Below, piece by piece: positions 52,901-60,000 of a stretch of DNA of 60,000 bases. A program made the translations under genes and the position numbers. Every line of letters begins with the position of its first letter. The first letter of the stretch is position 1. The notes under the pieces were generated by a model. It saw nothing but the letters and a program-made list of their open reading frames with translations. It was not told where the DNA came from and did not search any database. Source of the stretch: Lama guanicoe (taxonomy: Eukaryota); contig MU053652.1 in NCBI GenBank assembly GCA_013239625.1, forward strand, positions 5,013,902 to 5,073,901, written 5' to 3'.

Positions 52901-54249
52901 AAATAGTACACGTTAATATAAAGTTATTGGTAACTTTTGGAAAATGAACACAGATGATATCCTCCAGGTCAGGATGTCCAAGGCAAACAGCCAGGCTTTG
53001 ATCAGACTCCAAGCACTACTACTCTTTAGCATCCCTAGCAAACTCAACAGAAGCCCATTAGGAAGATCTCTAGAATGCTAAGGGAATTCACATTCTGGCC
53101 CGTTTAAAATCAAACAGAATGTATTACACCAAATACACAGAACAGAGCTTGACAGATTTTGAAACATCTTAGAGCATTAGAAGGGTCCCCATAATAACCC
53201 AGTATCTTGGAAATATCTCAGGAGGATGTAAGAGACTCTCTGAAGAAGTCAAAAGTCCCACCTTTAGCTCAGAACACTTATCAAGACAAAGCAGCAGACC
53301 CGCTGAGAGATACTGAAGGTAAACAAGAGTCGGAAACGCTGGGAAGCCAATATAGGGGTGAAAAATTAGAATGGTGCAGAAAAGAACTGGTGTGACACAC
53401 TGCCTAAGGAGCCCACACGATGCCCCTACACAGGGGAGACCAAGTTCAGGAGTGCCATCAAAAAGTGGGGTAAGGAGCACCAAGTTCTCTTTACTAAAAA
53501 TATGGAGGACACACAATGGGGCTCACCAACGCCAGGGACACAACCAACGGCTTTTCAATGGAGCCCACGAGGGAAGTGAGGCCGGAGAAGACACACAAAA
53601 GTGCCAAACCCTTATCTTGCCAGGACACAAGGCAAGGAGGGAGGAGGCAGCTGATGACAGACAACTGAACCAGAAAGGCAGGGCGCCTGTTGGGAACTAG
53701 TGGCTTATTTATCTTTTAGACGAAAAAGATGTGGCTTCCTCTACATGCACCTTGTGTTTGAGGTATATTGAGGGTTTCCCAAAAGCTGACAAGCACCTGA
53801 ATGAAGATGCCGCCAAGGATCAGGCCCATGGAACAGAGCTGCCGAGAGCATTCTAGCCATTTCTAGCGGGCAAGTGGATGCTCTTGAGAACTCAGGCAAC
53901 TGCAAACTGGTCGTCTTCCCCTCCTGTCTCACCTGGTCTCCCTGCTCACGCCTAATATGTCATTCCCTGAGCTCCATCAGATGATGTGAGGAAGGTCGGC
54001 CGATCATCCCCTCCCCACAGAGGAAGTGGCGGCCGCAGAGCCCCGAGAAAGCTCGTCAAGTCCTGGGCAGGCAGCTGCGCTGACCCGAAAAGTCAGACGA
54101 GTTAACAAGCTGCCCTTTCCCCAAAGCTTACAAAGTTTCTCTAAAAGGATTAATGGCCAAGCAGTGCTCTGGAAAGCCAAGTCAATGGAAGAGCACTGCG
54201 CACCAGTGCTGATATCACTGGTGATAACCAGAGGGGTCGGGGTCAAAGA

Positions 54250-54309
54250 AGTCTCTTGGGATCAATATCCTTGTGGGGAGTCTCTTGGGATCAGTATCCT
54301 TGTGGGGAG
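54250..54309. repeat. 29-bp tandem duplication (2 copies, 1 mismatch)
   Basis: agtctcttgggatca(a/g)tatccttgtgggg at 54250-54278 and 54279-54307. Confidence 0.95.
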
Positions 54310-54479
54310 GGACTCATGAGAATGCTGGCCTTGCCAGGTTACCTTCCCCCGTTTATTATTTACCCAAAGAGTTCCAGGATAAATGACTTGCTATGTACAC
54401 AGCAGATGTTATTAATTTGGCCTTTGCTAAAGCATTAGATACAGCACCTCAAGAAATTTTACTTGGGAAATTAATTCAG

Positions 54480-54735
54480 ATTGGCTGGGTTCAGTACACA
54501 ATCACTGAAGATTAAAAAGGGGCTGAAGGATGCTAAACAAAAGACAGTTAAGTGACAGTCCATGTGGTGAGAGACTTGGGGTCAACACCAAAGCCATTCT
54601 TGTTTAGTGGTTCTATTCAGGGCTGACGGAAGGAGTAAACAACTCGCTAATGAGATCTGCAGAGGACACTGAGCTGGGAGGTGGAGGAACCGCATCGACA
54701 GGGACATAAAATTACAAGGCAGAGTTCAACTTGAA
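54480..54735 (+). mobile_element. L3/CR1 LINE reverse-transcriptase fossil
   Basis: From 54629 translates EGVNNSLMRSAEDTELGG, resembling CR1 RT EG.E..L.KFADDTKLGG; the adjacent upstream frame gives PFLFSGSI (cf. PVLFNIFI). Confidence 0.7.
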
Positions 54736-57101
54736 AAAAACCCAGCTCATCTATCTAGGGGAAAACCACCCTAAACTCAGATAATATCCTCCAGCCAGGC
54801 AGGATGAGGGGCCGAAGCAGCATGTCAAAGGAGCCCTGACAAGCTGTAGCACAGCACAAGCACAGAGAGACGCTCAGGCAACACGGGGCGTGTCTCACAG
54901 GGGACTGAGGGCTTCAAACCGAAGTCAATGTAAAACAAAGCCGTGTTAGAAGAGATGTGGTCTTGAAGAGAGGTTGGCTTTATTATTTTTCTAGAAAAGG
55001 GGACATTCCACACTGAAAATATTCTTCAATGGCTGCAAAGCCACCACTCCTATCTGGCCGGTGTGCTGGTCTTCCTCGAGTCTTAATTCACCTCGCTGGG
55101 GGTTTGCATCTGGAAGGCAGCGCTGGGCCACCTTCCTGGGGCTCGCTGACAACTCTGCTCTGGGTTCACGCCGGCCATCTCCCCCGATTCTGAGGTGTGT
55201 ACCGCCTCCTAGCAGTGCCTCACACTGGCTGGGGGAAACGCTCAAATTCCCTCCGTATACTCAACCCGCAACAGTGCTATGACCCCAAAGCCAGTTTTTC
55301 CACCATTGGTCTGGAAGCAATGGCTCAACACAATTATCTCTAGGCAGCTCACTGCTTTAACAGGCAAGCATCTTGTTACATTCCTTCAGCTCAAAAGGAG
55401 TACCAGACTAAAAAGGCTGCTTTTTCTTCTTAAAACCCAAAAAACTTCACTATCTCTGCATACTCATTAAACATTATAGCACAACATAGCTTCTTCCAAC
55501 AGCATAATAAGAGAGCTTGTTGTGGCCTCACTTTCCAGAGCAGCCAGGCGAATTATTTTCATGCTTACCTGCCTGTCAGAATTAAACATTCACCAGTGGC
55601 AGGGTGAACCCAAGGCGGAAAATGGGACTCTGTCTAGATCCCACTGTATTGCTAAGTGCTCCTGCTACTCTCGGGCTGCACAACCTCCTCTTCAAGTTAC
55701 CTCCAGATCAGACTGAGCATGCCCAGCGTGGACTGAAGGCCAGTCTAATCACTGCCTGTTTCCTAGAACAGTTAGATCATCAAATAGTACTTAGGGATGT
55801 GAAGCCACATTTCCCACTATGGGTTCTTTCAGCCCAGCTGGCTTAGTGATAACACAGGCAGGGAGAGAAGAAAAGGAAGTAAGCAAGGATTAAGAGAAAC
55901 ACCAATTATGGACGATGTATCATTATTTTATATTAGACATTAATGAGCCTTAAACAACCAAAGATACTGAGCTTTGCGCTCAAGAATTAGGTCCTAGGCA
56001 AATCCTGCTGGGGAAAGCCCATGAGAAAGAGTCCAGAGAACCAAAGCGGCCTGACAGACTGATTTCTTACCTGACATTCTGTGCAACATTCTATAGATGC
56101 CCTATCCATCAGGACGTAAGACAGTGTTAGAGGTAAATGTCACGTATCAGGGCAGTGTTCTGGGCCAAAGAGCAAAAGAGGTGATTTCAACGACAAACCT
56201 TAAAGCACAGATGACATGCACTCAAACTCATTCCTCCTCTAACTGGAGAGCATGACCTGGCAATTACCAAACTTCTAGAACAAACTAAGTCCCAGGTCAC
56301 AGAAAATGCTTTGAAACAATGGATGTATTTTGAGTCCAAGCAGTCTGCGGAGCTGTCCGAGGCAGTCCGGCAACTGTCACTGTGTTTTTGCTGTTTCCTG
56401 GGAAGTCTGGGAATCACTCAAGGACCAGCACTGCCCAGTGGCAGAAGAGCCCGGGAGAGAGAGCCTTGAGGAATGTCACGGGTAAGAAATACTGCTGAGC
56501 AGTACACGTGTCCTTGGGGCAACCAGCCACAGGGATGAAGGACGAAAGTAAAATGTCACAGGGTTTCTCATGAATGCTCTCCTGCCAGCTGTCAGATGTG
56601 TGAAACCCAAACTCATTTCCTAATAAATGTTTTCATTTCCGCTGTACACAACAAAAGGTCAGGAGGTGATGAACATGAGGCCTGTGGGGCAGAGGACTCT
56701 GGAGGTGGGGACCTGAGGCAGATGTCCTGCCCTGGAAGCAGGGCGTCACTGCTAGTCCCGGGGAAGGGTGGGATGGTGATGGTAAAAATATCCCACTAAG
56801 TCCTTTCTCATCTGTGATTCATTTCACGGCATCTACGTAAGACAGTATTTAACAGAGGCCTATTTTGCAGATTTCAAAAAAAAATGGAGGCCCAAGTGTG
56901 TGCACTGAAGGTTACCCAGTGAGTTTGAAGCGAGCCTCCCCCTTTGTTTTAATGGGGAACACCTGGAATGATAAAGGAACACAAGCTTTCTCAGTGCATT
57001 GTTTTCTATCGCATTCCGCTCAGAGACAGGCAGGAGAGTTAGAAAGAAAAACATGGGGCTGTGGGACCCCAGGCGTTGACTTTAATAATTATTCATCTCA
57101 C

Positions 57102-57212
57102 CTGGCTTCTGCAGCGAGCAGTTCGTCATAGTGAGAGGACCGCTGGTCGTCATCCTGCCGGTATCTGATCACCGTGGCTAGACCTTTGCTGACAAGGGCC
57201 TCAGCGATGTTT
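57102..57212 (-). CDS. SND1: SND1 coding exon (probably exon 13), C-terminal part of SN3 domain
   Basis: Acceptor cttttctgttgcag|A, donor AG|gtgaga; 111 nt, phase 2 to 2; encodes [36 protein letters not shown](R), recognised as SND1. Confidence 0.97.
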
Positions 57213-57839
57213 CTGCAACAGAAAAGATAGGTCAGTGAGCACTCGAGGTGTGTATGGGACTCAGTCAACAGAAATAATAACGGTTAGCACCTGGAGGTCT
57301 TAACGCATCCTGCCAGAGGGAGGGAGAAGCCAAGGATTTCAAGACCAATGAGTTGCTAAGCTAGAAATCCAAATAAAAGGTGGAATAATCAAGTCCTCTA
57401 GCTCAGCATTTTTCTGGTTAGTACAGTCAGATGCTCTATCAATCTATACATAAAACCTAGCAGAAAAGATCTGTCAAGAGCCCACATTAGGCAGGGCTAT
57501 TTACAGAATGCTATAAACAAGCCACTACCCTCAAGAAAAGTCTGCTCTAAAGTATCAGGCACACAGATAAAAAACAAAGCGCATAAAAGCATGACCTAAA
57601 TTTCTCAAAATCTCCTTTCTGGCCTATCCTGCAACTAGAAAATATCGTGTTCCAGTTTGGCAATGTTAGAAACACTGGTGTCATGGAACATTCAAAGTGT
57701 GTCTCTTCTCATCGGAACTCCTGACGCTAGCTCTCCCACCCCAAGGGGGTTTGGAGGAGGTACAGCTAGGAAGAAGATGGGGAAGAAGTGTTGTGGTGGA
57801 ATGAAAGTTCTTTATAAAAAAAAAAAAAAAAAAAAAAAA

Positions 57840-57959
57840 NNNNNNNNNNNNNNNNNNNNNNNNNNNNNNNNNNNNNNNNNNNNNNNNNNNNNNNNNNNNN
57901 NNNNNNNNNNNNNNNNNNNNNNNNNNNNNNNNNNNNNNNNNNNNNNNNNNNNNNNNNNN
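57840..57959. other. Assembly gap (120 N)
   Basis: Run of N flanked by poly-A tracts. Confidence 0.99.
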
Positions 57960-60000
57960 TCTTTATAAAAAAAAAAAAAAAGGCATGAGCAAGGGGAACA
58001 ACTAGAATAAAGAGTATAAAGTCTGAGATGACCAGCTTTGGAACAATACTCCAAACAGTTCTTTCAGGACCATGGAATATTCAGATTAGAATCCTGCTTT
58101 AAAACCACTGTCAAAGGCACCGAATTGTCTTTCTTCACTAGAATAAGAAAGAGGTGCCACTCTAAGTGGCTTCCATCTACTCAAAAGAGAACACTGGAAA
58201 TGACTCTCCAACAACTAATGAAGTCTCCTGTCTGCATGATTCATCCCCAACCTGGAGAGGGACCTTTGATGTGAAAACATGGAACTGCAACAACAAATTT
58301 TCAAAAATTACCCATAGCAAGTACTGCAAAACAAGAGGCAGGATACCACTGGGGGAGAGCGGCTGCTATGTCTTTCTTTGTGTCTGTCATCATTACACCA
58401 AAGGCCCCACTCAGACCATCTGGTTAGCTGCCCTTTAGGGAGGAGGTATGGTAAGCAATAGGCCACTGGACCATATGCTATGATTTAGTGTTGCTGGGGA
58501 GTGTGGTTAACTCTCAACACACTAGGGTTCTTAGAATCTCAGGCTGTGGAGATGCGGCGAGCTGGACTAACCAGTCTGTGTGCGTGTTTAAGCCACTGAA
58601 AGGTCCTCTTCATCAAAACCCAAGGATTTACTTTAAAATAAAAAAGGAAAGGAAAAAAAATATGTGCAAATAGAGAAAGGAGGAAAAGATGCTGTGGCTG
58701 ATTCTCTCCTCATTATGTGCCCCTCTGCTGCCTGTTTATCTACTGCCAGCACGATATTAATATCTCCAAACTGCCACGGAATTAGCACTTCTCAAAATCC
58801 ACTCCCACAAAGAGGCTGCTTTGCTGGCCACCCTGTCTCCTGAGTCACTGCAGGAGCGTGCTGGCAAACGCTGTCATTATCACAGAGTTGAGTTTGGCAG
58901 CCCGGAGAATGCCAACAGCCCCGAATCAGCAGCTGTAAATGCTGATGTATGGGGAGAATTTAACTGGAGGTGCCACCCAAGCCCCACAAGGGCAGGAGGG
59001 AGGCTCCGCCCACCAGGAGGCCAGAGAGAAGCCGGGGACAATTCCATTTGTGACAGGTTGAGATGTGCTAGTGATTTGAAATGCCAGAAGAACAAAGACA
59101 TATTTGCTACTGCATTTTGAATAACTGCGCATTGACATTTCACAGTCAACATGTGGGGTCTGGAGGAGAAAGTTGGAATGACAGAGCAGGCAGGAGAAAA
59201 TTCACACAAATAAGCTTCTATGTGAAACGCTAGAGAACACTAAGCAAAATGGCACAAATGTTTAATGATCCACCCTCTTTAATGCTGCTCAAATCAATTC
59301 ACAGTATTGAACTGAGTTCCGGCGTGGCCAGCCGAGCACCCACGGCACAGCCCTTCCCTCTCCGCAGGGATCTTGCTCTCTGGATCCTGCCAGCAACATC
59401 TCCAAACCAGTTAAGACCCCAGGTTCTCAACTCCACAACATGCCCACCACTCTCTCTCTAAAGCTGCAGTATAAGCCATGTTCTCTTAGCTTCCTTTCCC
59501 TAAATACAGACTTCTGGAGGAACGGTTGTGATGCTAGCACGGAGAGGGGAAAAACGCAGGAAACAGCACAGATGTCATTGCTGGGTGCTTACTGTGAGCC
59601 AGGCATGTGAGACTCACATGTCTTTTCTTCTTGGGGTGTGCTCCCCTGGGATGCCGTACCATATTACAATTATTCATCATCCAGTTCCCAGTATGAGGTC
59701 TGAGAGGGCAAGGGCTGTGTCTCTCTTGCTTTGTACCCAAGTATGAGAAAATCACCTGATCATTCTGGAAGAGCATTGGGACATTATTTCTTATCCTCAG
59801 CAATTATCAGCCAAGCTTGCCTAGCATAGAATTAAGGACAAAAGATTTCTCCATGCCTTCCCAGCTTTTGTCTTTCTCCGCCCCATTATCTAAGATTTGT
59901 ATTTAAAGAGAATGAAAGAGAGACAAATAAAATAGAATTAGTCTAGAACCATGTACTTGACTCTCTCATTCATTTCTCTTGGCCACTAATGAAAGGTCAG

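Larger units (their letters stand above)
1..60000 (-). other. SND1: Internal part of the SND1 gene body (three exons; introns 42061-57101 = 15041 bp and 22089-41987 = 19899 bp; partial introns at both window ends)
   Basis: Three minus-strand exons splice in frame to a continuous SND1 peptide; neither the start nor the end of the gene is seen in the window. Confidence 0.95.

Noticed and set aside
1..60000. CRISPR arrays, operons or other prokaryotic systems
   Set aside because: Sequence is mammalian intronic DNA; no regularly spaced repeat-spacer array seen

Overview
Mammalian genomic DNA, probably from a camelid: it has a Vic-1-like tRNA-derived SINE fragment and a cetartiodactyl-type L1 3' end, and I saw no Alu, Bov-A/tA, PRE or CAN SINEs. 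The window lies inside the SND1 (Tudor-SN/p100) gene on the minus strand. Three phase-compatible coding exons with GT-AG boundaries are present: 57102-57212 (111 nt), 41988-42060 (73 nt) and 21947-22088 (142 nt). They match human SND1 exons 13-15 (numbering from memory), covering the end of SN3 and the start of SN4. The rest is intronic: old MIR/L2/L3(CR1)/L1/MER5 fossils, one young 5'-truncated L1 with a target-site duplication, microsatellites and a 120-N gap that is probably artefactual. No other ORF in the track looks like a real gene. The most notable unexplained structure is at 20752-21277: a 24-bp direct repeat 501 bp apart whose copies read as PBX-PREP/MEIS and PBX-HOX motifs, with a hairpin between them. 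Two pseudo-exons with good splice sites (possible poison exons) and several enhancer-like motif clusters were also noted. I found no convincing evidence of a wholly novel system.
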